A DNA stretch of 64,000 nucleotides from Octopus bimaculoides (lineage: Eukaryota), in NCBI RefSeq assembly GCF_001194135.2, contig NC_068993.1, forward strand, positions 34,724,058 to 34,788,057, read 5' to 3'. Shown here in pieces: positions 50,437 to 64,000 of this stretch (the first letter of the stretch is position 1; each line of letters opens with the position of its first letter). A program made the translations under genes and the position numbers. The notes under the pieces were generated by a model, which did not search any database, was not told the origin of the DNA, and saw nothing but the letters and a program-made list of their open reading frames with translations.

Positions 50437-51735
50437 TCTTAGATTCTGCTGTTCTCTTTATGATAAACCAATGTTTGTTAGTCTGTAATATTAATTTCAA
50501 ATTCACGTATAGATCAGAGATCATCTTGTTTCAAGAAGTTAACTTTTTGATACACGATATTCAGACGATCAGAATTATACATCTACCTCATTGCAACTAT
50601 GTATTCTGCTATAATCTATTTCTCGAACAAACAGCTGTAGTAAATTAAACTACTTCATTCGAGGCTTTATCATTTAGATAACATATATTATATAGCTAAT
50701 CAAATAAGCATATTTCTTTAATACAGAAATCACTGAACTCTATAAAGCAAATAATAGGACCCGAAATTGTGTTATATTTTTATATTTCCGACAGAGCTCT
50801 TTTGCTTCACTTTATCTTTCGTATTTATGATCTGAAACGAATCAATAAACTACACAGAAGTGGATTCTCCTCGATAATTTATAAAAAAGGTAGTCTTCGT
50901 TGATGATCTCATGATCTATTACGGTCCATATAATGAAACATCATACACGATGTTGTATGATATTTAATTATGACAGCGAGCTTTTATTGATTTGATATGT
51001 TTAAATATATCCCGATGAGACTCATTATTTCTTGCGATATAGATTATAATTACAATGTGTCCGTTTTTTAGATCTCTCAGTAGGTTTTCTGCCATAGGAG
51101 CTTAATTAAAGCACTATGAATTAATACAGATATATATTCTTCAAGAAGAGAAATTATTTTATTACATCAGCGTCTCCTGTTCTTAATGTTCACTATATTT
51201 TAAAAATCATAAACGTAGAGATGGTAAACAAATGTTAATTTGGTCACTGTATTACTTTCGGCAGATGAACTTAGCTCACATTTTTCGGGTTCAAATCAAG
51301 CAGTAAAATCTTCAGTGTGGTGGAATCAGTTGGACACTGGGCCAAATGTTTTTTATGTCTTCTAGTCGTTCATTATTTTGTTTTCTAATATAAGACAAAA
51401 TATAAGAAATCATCATTTTACCTAGAGCATTAAAGTTATTCAGCTGATGAACATGTCCTTTAACTTTCAGGTTTCATATCTAAGTAACAATTAACGATCG
51501 AGTTGGATAAAGATAAAATTAAATAAGCCTTGGCTAATAGCAGAGTGTAGCCTTATATTTAAACATCTCTTGCGTTTTACATATTCCAACTAGATTACCT
51601 CCAGCATTAATATAAGACACTAAAGACATATTCTTATTTAGTAAGTAGCTTACACTGATTGGATAACATCATCTGTAGTGAAGCTTGCTGTTGATTCTTG
51701 CAGCACCTTCCGACTTCATTCTTTATTAACATTCG

Positions 51736-51837
<102 letters not shown>

Positions 51838-53264
51838 AGTCACTTCTTTTATCATGTCATGGATCTTGTCGGAGCGAGTATAATGTTTAGAATGTAAAAG
51901 TGAGTAATTAAAGATTATAGACGAATTTTGAAATCCATTAAACAAGCTTCTTCAAAACTATTTCAACTTTAGTTGCGGTATGGTTGCGTTGAATTTAAAA
52001 TAATAAGACTCAAGAAATCAATTTCCCTACCAGACAGTAATTATTTTCTTTTGATAAAGAAGACATTTATAAGTGCGAGACGGACGGTTTCCATACGCTT
52101 CCAACACAGAATGAATATCATAGTAGCGTTTATCAACAACAGATCAAAACTTACTTATTCAATGATTATGTTTCAGAATATTGCTGCACTTGAACAGCTC
52201 AACATGACCTTAGTTTAATTTTCATCATACCTCTGTTTTTCCTTTCTTTTTTTCAATTCTTCCCGATTTCATTATTCAGTATAGCAAATAAGTATATATT
52301 ACTATATAAATATTTCTGTGAATGAGCGGCCTTTAACAAAGTTAATTACTTTACCTTTCCTCATCAGAATTATACATCATAACATGATTGAAAAAATGTC
52401 ATTTGTGACAGCTATAGTTTTCTGAGGTCTTTTGAAACGTAAATGAAATGCTGACTGGAATGGAAATCAGATTTGTGATCATTATAGAAGTATGGACATC
52501 ATGATCAAAAATACAAATACATTATTGAGCTTTATGTGGATGATCGTGATATTCCTTGATACGAATATGTAAGTTGTTTTAATAGCATAGTCTAACTGTA
52601 GTCGGGTTCACTGATGTTTTATCTGCTACAGTACTGGACAATAACAAAGAAAGGGCTGCTTCGTTTCCCTTCAGACCTATTCTGTCTGTTTTATAGTCTG
52701 AGAATCCCCACTCTCAAAAAGCTGACTACGTTACACTGCAACAGAATCTTAAGTTTGACTAATGCTTCGTTGGTAAATCCTACAGCATTAATTTCGATCA
52801 ACAGAAAAAACTTACAAACCCTAAGTGTGATACTCTGAGGATGTATTCATTGTCGCCGCCCTGTTAACCTCTGGGAAAGACTAAAGTTAGGTCTCAGGTT
52901 ACTGGAGTGCAGATATATCTGTGACAGATGCCGATCTTTATTCAATTAAAACTACTCAATTTTTTGAGGAATGTACTGTCGACGTTAATTTAACCAGGAA
53001 AAAAACGAATATGCTTAACTGTTTCCAGGATTAGTACAAAGGTATATATTTAGTGTGCCGTCCTAAATAACACAGTCGAGATTTGAATGTAGAAATATAA
53101 AGGAACATAATTAAATACTAAAAGAGAGTATATCCTTCTGACTTTATTATGAACTAGCCTTATGAGAATCGCTCGTAGAGTAATTGATGTGTTTGGTAAA
53201 GTTACAGCAAAATACAGTGTTTGTGATTGCTGATTGAGAGATGAGCGTAATATTATTTTACTGA

Positions 53265-53440
53265 AGGGCGTCGAGCTGGCAGAATCGTTAACACACCGGG
53301 TGAAATACTTAGCGCATTTCGTCTGCCGTTACGTTGTGAGTTCAAACTCCGCACTGGGTTCTATGTAATCGACTTAAACCCTTTGTCTGCCCTTGTTTGT
53401 CCCCTCTATGTTTAGCCCCCTGTAGGCAATAAAGAAATAA
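53265..53440 (+). mobile_element. SINE family A with tail 2 and an internal deletion
   Basis: ggcgtcgagctggcagaatcgttaac...gagttcaaactccgc|actggg...atcgacttaaaccctttgtctgcccttgtttgtcccctctatgtttagccccctgtaggcaataaagaaataa. Confidence 0.85.
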
Positions 53441-54278
53441 ATATTATATTACTTTTTTTTATTAGTCATGAAATTCTTCATTCGTAAATCTAGACTTGCC
53501 CGGATTAGCACTTTCTATCAGCATAGTACTGTTTGTCTGTTGAGTCATTACATTCTAAAGAATCTCATTTTTTTCCTTACAGAGAAAAAAATATAGCGCC
53601 AGCACAACTATATATCGAACAACTACTCATCTTTTGTTTCTTACAGAGAAAAAAATAAACCACAACTATGCATATACTATGCAGAAGCACACACAAAAAC
53701 CGGGTAAATGCTTCGAACATATCCATGTATGTATAAATACATGCATACACACTTTCTTTTCTGGGTGTCAATAGAGAGACAAACGAACCCTGCCTAGCTC
53801 AATCGTTCATCTTACACATCACAGTTACATATCATGTTAGCTGATCCATCAGCCAACTCTATTTTGTGATTTATTATTATCTTGTTCTAAATTGCCGCTG
53901 AGTTGGTTAATTCTTAATAACATTTCTTATGTCACCGTTTAGGTTTCTGCTTTCTGGTTTAATATTACATCAAACTTCCAGTGTCTAGGTCAAGTGACTC
54001 GTTTTGTGCGTTCGCATATCTGTCTCTATAACTTTATGTTCTGATGCATCATATTCATGTTATGTGTCTCTTCTTTAAAACTACTTGTTCTTATGTCTTG
54101 ATTTTTTGCCTCACATGTAACTATAATTCCATTCCCGATTCGTTCGATTAATGAACCGTTTGACTGAGATACAATGACATTTGATATCAATCCCTGTTCA
54201 GCAGAATTATTGGCAGTTATTAAACAAATTTGCCCGAATTCTTGTCTGTTGCTTCGAATATTGTTTTAAGTAGCTATA

Positions 54279-54430
54279 GATGCAGGCATGGCCAAGTGGT
54301 TAACAAGTTAACTTTGGAACCGTCAGATCCCGGATTCGATCCCACTGCGTAGTATATTACACAGATGCTTTTACCATAGCCTTGTGAGTGAATTTAAGTA
54401 GGAGGAAACTGTGTGAAAGCCCGACAGATC
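54279..54430 (+). mobile_element. SINE family B 5' half, diverged
   Basis: gcaggcatggccaagtggttaa...cggattcgatcccactgcg...gccttgtgagtgaattt. Confidence 0.7.
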
Positions 54431-54879
54431 AACTGTACATGTAATTCAAAAATCCAGCTTTGTAACGCATCTGTGGAAAACTTAGCCACTTCAAACGCTA
54501 ACTCAATGAACAACTTGTCTAATCTATAGAACGCCCTTGGCGTGTGACTGTGAAAACCGATATAAGAGTTTTTCATCAAGGCAAGTCGATTTAAAAGTCT
54601 ATCATCATTGTGAACTGACCGAATTGGTAGAGCATCAGACAAAATTTCTTATGGTATTTGTTTTCATCCTCTTTTTACATTTGACGTTCGAAACGTATTA
54701 GGGAGCGGCTTAGCTTTGTAATCCCTTCAGAGTTCGATGAAATAATCCCTCGTCAAATTACTGGTATCAATTTAATTGATGCCACATACCGTGACTACTC
54801 ATCCCCACCACCACCAAATTAATAATGAAATTACTCGCAAGCAAAAAATCGATCTTATTAGACGTTCTCATAGACGAAA

Positions 54880-55400
54880 TAGTGTGTGAAGATGTAGGAG
54901 ACTTTACCTATTTGAGCACACTCAACTAACCACAATGAAATTTAATCATTGACTGAGTAAGCAGCACTGAACCAACTAAGTATAATTACAAGCAGCAAGA
55001 AATTCACTCTCTCAGAAGAAAGCAGATATTCTACAAATTAAGTGTGCTTTCCATACTGATCTGCAATAGTGAAATGTGGCTACTGAGACCCAGACGAGAA
55101 GGAAATATAACACCTTTGACATATACTTCTTTTGCACGACTCTTGGAAACAAAGAGAAGATTTTGTTCAGTAAAGGTCATACTAAAATCTAAAGAATTGA
55201 AACGATATCTCTATGGGATTTGGAAAAATAGAAAGATTCTCATTCAAGGCCTTTAAATTCATTCTCTCAGTGGACCCTAGCAGATGTGTGAAAGAGAGAT
55301 CGATGCAAAATGAAAGGAAACCAGACAATACAGAGAGCTTTATATCTGACAGGTTAACTGGCGACGAAACCACAGAAGAATTAATCATTACAGTGTTCTA
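54880..55400 (+). mobile_element. Old RTE-like LINE fragment (post-RT/thumb region)
   Basis: EDVGDFTYLST and IFYKLSVLSILICNSEMWLL resemble E.V..F.YLGS and VLS.LLYGSETW.L. Confidence 0.5.
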
Positions 55401-56042
55401 ACAGTCTCATGTTTCCCACGATGCCTGAACCACTTGCAAATTAAGGACAAATTATGTTAAAACTCACATATCAAGGAGACAATAAACAGATAATGCGTTG
55501 AAGTCTAATATTATTTCACGACTGAAATTTAATTTATTCACGGATATTGTCCTTTCCTTTTCGACTGCTAATAATTGTTGCTGTAAATAAATTTGTTTCA
55601 GACCTGTCTGAAAGAAAATATGAAAAAATACAAGCGAGAATATGTGAAGTCTAAAAGTTAACGGAAAACGCAAAGAAAACAAATATTTCTTTGTAATATA
55701 TTCGAGTTCTTTAGGTTTATTTCAGAAAATTAAGAAAACCTATACAATATGTTGGAGCTATGTTCAAATGTAACACCACACTCCGAAGATTCTTCATTAA
55801 AGCTAATCTACCAAAGTTTAGCCAGATTAAAAGTCGTGGTAGGAGAACGTTGAAAACTTGATGAGAAAAGAAACAAGCAATTCAGGAATGGGTGAATATA
55901 TTTATGATACCGAGAAGACAATCTTGGGGTGTTTTTGAATGTAAGTTTTAATAACTGACGTTGAAAGCTAGCGACATAGACAGGTGAAATGCCAACCACT
56001 GTAGGAAGCCCTCTAAATATGTAACATAAAAATTCTGTTTTT

Positions 56043-56052
56043 ATGTGTGCGT

Positions 56053-56137
<85 letters not shown>

Positions 56138-56155
56138 CGCGCGAGCGCGTGCGTG
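56043..56155. repeat. (GT)n microsatellite
   Basis: Direct reading. Confidence 0.95.
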
Positions 56156-58039
56156 TGCTTGTAGATGTGTGTATATTATTTTTAACAGGAAGAAAGCGAC
56201 AAGAGTAACGGAAGAGATGAGAGTTTCGTGCATAACACTTATGAAGTGCACGTGTATCTTCATTGAGCTCTATTTATCCTGTTTGTTCTCCCAGGCCTGT
56301 GCGCGTGCGTGTGTATAACAGTATATCAATGTGTAAGTGGATGAAGAGAGTTATTGACCTCATCGTTAAAAATAGGTAATCGAATTTACCTTCTTCTGTA
56401 CACATCCAAGTAACCGTTGACGTTGGATATCAAACTGACCTAAACATAAAGACTGAATGAAAATACCTTGTAGACACAAAGCCCGCACTAATTATGGGTG
56501 TGGTATTAGGCAGCCTATCGACACTTGTATTTGAAGGATATTTATTTTAAGGATCCCAATAGCGAGGAACAGCAAAGATGACTTCAGGGACGTTTCAACC
56601 CAGAAATTAAAAGAGTGAAACAAAATACTTCAGACATTTCTGCTATTCTGTAATTTATGCCACTCCACCGCATTTGCAAATGCAGTTATGGATTTCATTT
56701 CTATAAATGAAGTTAATGGTTCAGAAAGCGATAATCTTCTTAGCAACACCACATCTTAGATGCTTAGCCATTTAATCAGGTATGTTAACGTATAAATGGC
56801 TACATAAATTAACATACCTTGACGAATTTATTTTGCCTTTCCCCTCACATCTCATGTAATGAACATCGGGAACGGACATCGAATGTTTTTCGTTCTTTCT
56901 ATCTATCTACCTATCACCTTCTTAGTAGGTGTACATATGCAGATGTGTCTATACACACGCACAAATTATTCATCCCCTAACCATACGATTATCTACTTTT
57001 TGTTTCCTTCTGATATAAGTAGCAAAAAGAAAAAAACAATGTCTGGAAGACGCACAATGTAAGAGCGCACCTTTGATGCAAGTGCAAGTTTGATGAAGTG
57101 TCACTCTAATGTCTAAAACTGCAAACGTTACGTAGATTTTCACTTCGAATTTTTGCGTAAACTGGCGTCGCAAGCAGTGTTGGTGCAGAAACATCTGTAC
57201 TATTGTAGTTTTGTCAGTATTTAAACAGCCTCATGCAGATATAATTTTTTCACCTGTGGACCAAAAAGAACTTTCGTGTTCCAAAATAAATATCATTCTA
57301 CACGAGCTGGCACAACGATTGACCTTTGTCAAATGGTACGGAGTGGTATTTGAGCAAAATTAAATTCTGCTTAGGTATCTTTTATTGTTTTGAAAGACGG
57401 AAAACTGCCACAGGATGTGGTTTCCACATATCTCTCTAGCAAGACTCTCTCAACTGCCCAGATTGCTTCTTATTTTGTTGTCGATGTTCTCTTCGTAGAA
57501 CAACAGATTAAAATGTATCTGATATCTTTATTTCTAAATTTTTGTAAGAATTTGTGTTTATATTCTGTTGATTATTCACGGTGGTCTGCTCTAAGCTTGC
57601 ATTATACACTTCAAGGGTTTAATTATTTTGCATTGCATTTTCTGTGTGAAGAATTCTATGGTTCCCACTTCCGTTAATCTGTTGAGAGAACCGTTCAGTA
57701 CTTCGAGTGTTATGTTGCTGTGCTGTTTGTTATACAGACGATTGATGTCAGAATACACAGGCTTACGAAAGAACGTAAAATACCAATCAGAGTAGAGTGT
57801 CCTCCTTTCCAGATATTTTGAGGCAGGAGGATTTTGCATTTTTTTTTCATTGGACTATACTGATAATAAGTGGAGTTAATCTACTATTTCCAGTAGTAAC
57901 TTTTGGTTTATCACAGATTAAAGTGCCTACTAATGTACACCAACTTCTAGTCAATTCGGTCGGGTAAAAAGTTTTCGGGGTGATAGTGTGCATAAATACG
58001 AATTAAATTATAAATAAGTTTATGAAACCAAAAGAACAT

Positions 58040-58201
58040 TCTTTTCTACTCTATGCACAAGGCCCGAAATCTTGCGGAAGGGGTCAGTCGATTAGATCGA
58101 CCCCAGTACGCAACTGGTACTTAATTTATCGACCCCTAAAGGATGAAAGGCAAAGTCGACCTCGGCAGAATTTGAACTCAGAACGTAAAGACAGACGAAA
58201 G
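58040..58201 (-). mobile_element. SINE family A (tail 1), 5' truncated, close to consensus
   Basis: cttttctactctatgcacaaggcccgaaat...gtcgacctcggcagaatttgaactcagaacgtaaagacagacgaaa. Confidence 0.9.
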
Positions 58202-59017
58202 AACCAAAACAATATTGTGTAGTTCTTCAATCAATCATCAGCTGCCTTTTATGTGTTGTATATGTGTAGATATGTATAAGTTGAACGATCCCAGTGGCTA
58301 TGAGAATATGAATCCTATTTTACATTGCGCTGATTAGATACTGGGAATGGAATGGGTGACTTGGATCTACAAAAGCCAAAGTTATATGCGAAAACATTTA
58401 TCCCATATTCTTTAGGCTAAATACTCAACAGTTTAGATAACAAGTGATACGATAAATACGATATTAAATGACACTCTTTGATCACTTCCAAAGCATACCA
58501 TTACTATTGGCAGTAACTGACTCTGCTCATCCTGCTAGCTCTGTACATTTTTTGGCCAATAAGTCGGTTTTGTTTTTTCTACTAACTCTCCATAAGATCC
58601 AAAATTCAAACACAATGTCCAGAAGGTTGAAACTAAGAAACGTTAAATATTAAAATACTCGAAAAGAAGGAAATAAAAAAAAAGTAAATATCAAACAATA
58701 AACAGCAAGGGAGGTTTTGACAGATGTTAAAGAGCAAAGGAAATTTAGGATGAATGGATTTCAAATCAAAAGAAAATGTTAAGGTTTTGAGCACTTCAAT
58801 AGTATGCTTACGGTTCAATAATTAGTCGCTTTTTCTATTTCACATGCTTTTCTGATTCCTTTTTCCAATGCATATTATTCAATGCACATTTTGAATGCAC
58901 ATTTCTAATGCATAGCATAGTCACTATGATTTTGCTGCTTTGTGTAAAGTTGATTATTATTACATCGACCGTGGTTTCAATTTCCTTGCAGGTGTTAGCT
59001 GTTAGTCGCTGAACATC

Positions 59018-59049
<32 letters not shown>

Positions 59050-59050
59050 C

Positions 59051-59099
<49 letters not shown>

Positions 59100-59276
59100 N
59101 NNNNNNNNNNNNNNNNNNNNNNNNNNNNNNNNNNNNNNNNNNNNNNNNNNNNNNNNNNNNNNNNNNNNNNNNNNNNNNNNNNNNNNNNNNNNNNNNNNNN
59201 NNNNNNNNNNNNNNNNNNNNNNNNNNNNNNNNNNNNNNNNNNNNNNNNNNNNNNNNNNNNNNNNNNNNNNNNNNNN

Positions 59277-59318
<42 letters not shown>

Positions 59319-60464
59319 CATAATACAAATGAACTGATCTTTATATAAACTTATGCTGGTATTTACACAACGCAGGCATTGACTGACATTTACACAAACA
59401 CGCTTATTCAAATACGTAAATACTGACTCGTATGTACTTACACAAACCGAAATATATAAATACTATACAATACAAACCACGATACAAATTCAAATATCAA
59501 TACCCGCATGAATTTAATCGCAGGCTGATGCACCAAAGCTTACAAACACGTGCATATACAAAGAAATTTACATGTACACATTCATATATAATTGAGCTAT
59601 GTATTTTGGGGCCACCACAAATGAATTCATTTTTTAGTGTATCGCGTGGCAATCCCCATCGTTCTAATAATAGACATTGAATGATATCTTAAAATGTGGA
59701 AGAAAGCCCAAACCCAAAGATTAGCCTTCGATATGAGACCTGGCATGAATATTTGAACTCTAAAAAACATGTTGAAGAAATCGATGGTGACAAAAATTGG
59801 GCGCTAGACTAAGTTTATGAACATGTACAAAGTTTGGATCGATGACAAGAGATTCTTGTCCAAGGTGTCGCCTTACAGGATTGAATCTGGATTGACATTA
59901 CTAAAAAGCAAATATCCTAAATACACAGTCATGCCTATGCACCTAAAGAATTATTTGTAAATTGTACAGTGTTTTTGCTACGTACAACGTACCAGTTTAC
60001 AACTAAGCAAATAGGGCTGCTACACATGTTAGCTAAAGCATATGCATTGCTGATGACAGTATACAATCAACGATCATTTTGCTCGTAAGCAAAATGGAAA
60101 CTCCTTAAGCCATTAATGTATTAATATAGCAGCAGAAAAACCTCATCTTCATATAATTTATCAAGGGTGGTGTGACAGGATTGTTAACAAAGGGTCAAAA
60201 CTGAAGGCTCTAGGTGTAAGTACTATTTAATGACCCCGCTTGCAGTTTCGGCTTTGCGGGAGCTTTCCAATGCTTACAAGCACTCAAAATTTTATAAAAC
60301 CAAAAGCTGTATGAACGTGACAGCATCTTAACAAATCTATAAATCAGTAACCTTGCTGTGCATTTTTCTTTAAGTAGGATATAAAATCTTTACAGTATCT
60401 AACAGAAGTATTGTGAAAGAAGCGATAGATTACCGGAGGAAGTGTTTTGGGGTAGTTAGCCTAT

Positions 60465-61215
60465 GTTATTATTTAGCCTCAAGTCAACTTTGATCATGCA
60501 TACATGATCAAAGGCACTCTAGCCATGGCCATTCTGTTTTAATTTGAAGCTACAATATCAAGTGTCATTTGCTCTGTGTTTTGTGGCGGGGAGGGAGTTT
60601 CTAAGACGGTACGGTGTGATTTGCTATTTCTTACTGACTGATCGACCATGTAGAAGCTTCCTTGTTGGCTGGTAAAGCATTTTCTACCATCCAACTCATT
60701 GGAGCTAACATTGCCTTTAGTCTTTGCGCTATCAGCAAAATAATGAACAGGAATTTATTCAATCGATTTAATCTTCAACTACAACAATTATAATTCCCTG
60801 GCTGTAAATAATTCATAAATGTGTAGCCTTGTGGCGATCGTAACTATAGGCGGTGTGTCTGAAATAGCTCGTTCCGAGCCATTTGCACCAAAGCCTCTTA
60901 CATCAATCTTATACCATTCTTCTCGACATTTCAGCTATAATCACCTCAACAAATAAATGCTACGCAAAATGGAGCGAAGGAGTGAGGCACTATGTCATTG
61001 TTCGACCAGCTAGAAATAATAACCAAATTTCCCTTAAGTTACATCCGGTTGCCTGAAAAGAAAAAAGTAAAAGATACATTAGATAGTGTAGATTTTCTGA
61101 AAGAGACAAAGAAGATGATCACAGCTGGAATGTATTTTATGAAAGAGCTGTTGGAGTCAGGAAGGCTGACCTGGTGCTAACATCAACTGCAAAGCAACAG
61201 AAGTAACAACTGCAA
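60465..61215. mobile_element. Inverted pair of SINE-like family E copies (60465-60670 and 61000-61215)
   Basis: gttattatttagcctcaagtcaac...gatcaaaggcactctagccatggccat mirrors atgatcacagctggaatg...ggctgacctggtgctaacatcaac. Confidence 0.5.
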
Positions 61216-61893
61216 CAGCAACAACAACCAACAGTAGTAGCAGCAGCAGCAGCAGCAATAACCATGCACTAAAACTTTTTACTGAATTCTTTCTTTCCCA
61301 TAACCTGCACCTTCTCATAGGTCATTGCTCTTACCGACAATTTTTTTTTCCTTTGGTCCTCCTCGTGTCATACAAAATTATTCCGCATGAAAGCACAATT
61401 TTTTCTGTTACGTATAGGACTAATGTTCTAAAATATATATTCCAAGATTAAGCATTCAACGGTCGTAGAGTGCGAGATGACTTTCTCCTTTGATCTGTAA
61501 ATGTTTACGGTCAGCCTCATTGTTGTACCGTTAAATAAGTATCAAAAACTTTTCAACTGCTCGAATTTTATTGAAACTATTTTGAGTTGAATTTGGAAAG
61601 AAAATAATAGAGTTATAACATATGTACGTAACGCATGGAAGTTTGCTTTAATAAATCAATTCTTTGCAGAATTCAAGCCTATCATTAACAAAGTGATAAG
61701 GCTTTTTGTTGTGTGTCAAAACAATTCCCGCGACCTCTGAATATGTGCTTATACGAATGCAACTCTATGCGCATATATGTGGGTGCATATGTCAAAGTAC
61801 TCACACATACGTAAAGAGTGCACGTCTCTTCGGTGCACAGTTGTGATTATTTTTTTATGAATGTATACATGTGTATATTGTATGCTCGTTTAT

Positions 61894-61951
<58 letters not shown>

Positions 61952-62029
61952 TTCATAGATGAGAATCAGATATTCTCCGTATAAAATACACTTAATAGTG
62001 CTCAAGAAATTTAAACTTGAGCGGGTAGA

Positions 62030-62196
62030 GAAGTAAAAATAGGGATAAGCAAGTTAGACAGATCAACATGTAAAGCGTATATTAAATACATGAATACATA
62101 TTGAATACATATACATATATACATTTTTTGTATTTTATGTATTTAATATACTTTATATATTGATCTGTCTAACATGCTTATCCCTACATTTACTTC
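62030..62196. repeat. Short foldback/MITE-like inverted repeat (arms 62030-62098 / 62128-62196)
   Basis: gaagtaaaaatagggataagcaagttagacagatcaa mirrors ttgatctgtctaacatgcttatccctacatttacttc. Confidence 0.85.
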
Positions 62197-62857
62197 ATAT
62201 ATGTATATATATATATATATATATATACAACAGCTATTGAATATAGTAGATAAGATCCGGGCTATACATGTTTTATAGCGAGTAGAACCTCAGAAGTGGA
62301 TGTATATCGCAGGCTACTCTTCATGCCCAGGATATCTTGAGTAAATGAAAGTTTACGTTGTCGCAAGGAGGTACATGTTAAAGCATGGAAGATTCAATCA
62401 GAATGTGTAGAGAGCACAGTAGGAGAGGCGACTATAAATATAGAGAGAAATAAGTATAAAAAGAAGGAAAAAAGAAGAAAATAGAAGAGAGTCAGAGGAA
62501 TGGGGAATTTAAGCAAAGTCATCTGATCGGTAGTATTTTGGCTGAATCATAGAAATTAGGAAGGAGAGTGATATTTGAACAAATACAATGTGGAGGGAAT
62601 AGGGTACGGTAATATTTTTGATCAAGAGCTAGAAAAAAAAAGGGTGTATGAAGAAAACAAACTAGAATGGGGAAAATTAGGCACGGTCATTTGAGCGATA
62701 GTATTCGAAAGGGTTGTTTTACTCGAACTACAGGAATTAGCAAGGGGAGTGGTATTTTAAAAAATAATGTGGAGGGAAGAAGGTGGGGAAATATTTTTCG
62801 TCAAGGGGGAGAAAAAGTACATATGCATGAAGAAAGCGAGAAAGAATGGGGAAGAAT

Positions 62858-62906
<49 letters not shown>

Positions 62907-63379
62907 TAGATGCCTTGAGTATAAAAAATTCAATAGAGTAGTTTTGTAGTGCTTTGAAAATATTCTTTGTTCCAGTAAATGATTTGGACTTGGAGGGGAT
63001 GAAAATGTTTTGTTCTTTTGTGGAGAATTTCAGAATTTTCAAGATTTCATATAAATATTTTCCTACGTAATTGTATATATCAACTAAGAAATTGAGAACT
63101 ATATATATGACTGTCGATTACAATATTATTTATATCTAAATTTTTATAAATTGTCGCTTAAAGTTCCATTTCTACGCAGACAGTGAACAGTAAGAACCAA
63201 TATTTTTATATTGATCCAGAAAATAGTTTAGCCATACTAGCCACATAGGAACAGAACTCAAAATGTGTGCTGCTTTCACATGATGGTGATGCTGCTGTAG
63301 ACACAGTAATATAGACCATATTCTAAGAAAAGCCACCTGACTGACTAAAATGAAATTGCTTACAAGCGTCTTCCCGCCT

Positions 63380-63700
63380 CTTCACCACAGACGTGCTATG
63401 TCATCTCGCTATCGTTTATCACTCTACTACATTGTTCTCCGCTCGAGATGCTGATTGATCTGGTGCTGCGTTTACACAAGCTCTCTCGACTCAGACGTCT
63501 CTCCTATCGTAATCGATATTCAATCCTCTCCAGACCTGCACCATGTCCTGTCCTTCCCTTCCAAAATCTTTCCACAATGTCAATCTTCACTCAACATGGA
63601 TTTTCTTACTGCTTGCAATAATTTAAGCGGAATGTTATCAATAACAGGTCTCAGCCAGTCCAAGTATACCATAGTCACAACGCCCTCCTTCATATCAATA
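63380..63700 (-). mobile_element. Very old RTE-like LINE 3' fragment
   Basis: Weak resemblance to the RTE C-terminal RRLRWYGH...VEG.RGRGRP region on the minus strand; many stops. Confidence 0.3.
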
Positions 63701-63871
63701 AATATATCTTGCTAATGTTCTTAATTTCATTCGTTTCTAATTTTATTTCATTGATACTTCATATCTTTTACATTTTCTTTTCTTTCTTTTCCAGTCAACT
63801 GGTTGAATTAAACAGCTGTACATATCCAAATAATTTGCGACAAAGATTGTGAGATCTTCGACAAGACAATC

Positions 63872-64000
63872 ATGGGTATTCCACTAACTGGCGCTAACCT
63901 TTCGTTGAACAGTTCCCTGATGAAACAATCGACTGTACCCACAGAAGAATCAACGCTCAACTACACCCTATCAATGCAAGAAGACGTTGACAATATAGGT
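63872..64000 (+). CDS. Candidate start of a host-gene coding exon (N-glycosylation-rich N-terminus, possibly a membrane receptor such as a GPCR); continues beyond the window
   Basis: Strong polypyrimidine acceptor ttttctttttctttctttttccAG (AG 63793-63794); in-frame stop 63809-63811; context acaatcATGG; MGIPLTGANLSLNSSLMKQSTVPTEESTLNYTLSMQEDVDNIG open to the window end with sequons NLS, NSS and NYT. Confidence 0.4.
   Translation, partial: MGIPLTGANLSLNSSLMKQSTVPTEESTLNYTLSMQEDVDNIG

Noticed and set aside
60992-61180. 62-aa ORF MSLFDQLEII...
   Set aside because: Lies within a family E repeat copy.

Overview
AT-rich, microsatellite-dense eukaryotic genomic DNA from a gapped draft scaffold (13 N-runs). 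The repeat repertoire (tRNA-derived SINEs, RTE-BovB, L1-Tx1 and R4/Dong LINE relics, Tc1/mariner relics) suggests an octopus or other cephalopod; this is inference, not verified. There is no intact protein-coding gene inside the window. All recognisable ORFs are decayed transposon fragments, except a candidate + strand exon at the right edge (acceptor 63794, ATG 63872, open to the window end, three N-glycosylation sequons). Main finding: eight type-I hammerhead-ribozyme-like motifs with short, (near-)palindromic stem III, seven of them within 30.8-37.2 kb. Four of these form outward-facing pairs in the arms of two unrelated long foldback elements, and the motif at 35757-35819 has a fully canonical core and stems. 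Second finding: a SINE subfamily whose 3' tail matches the 3' UTR of the L1-Tx1 LINEs in the same window, with both sharing (ATT)n flanks. Also present are LINEs with the RT core internally deleted, SINE-in-SINE insertions at one head position, and an octamer-TATA-Inr cassette interrupted by a SINE. All alignments and folds were done by eye, and coordinates of decayed elements are approximate.
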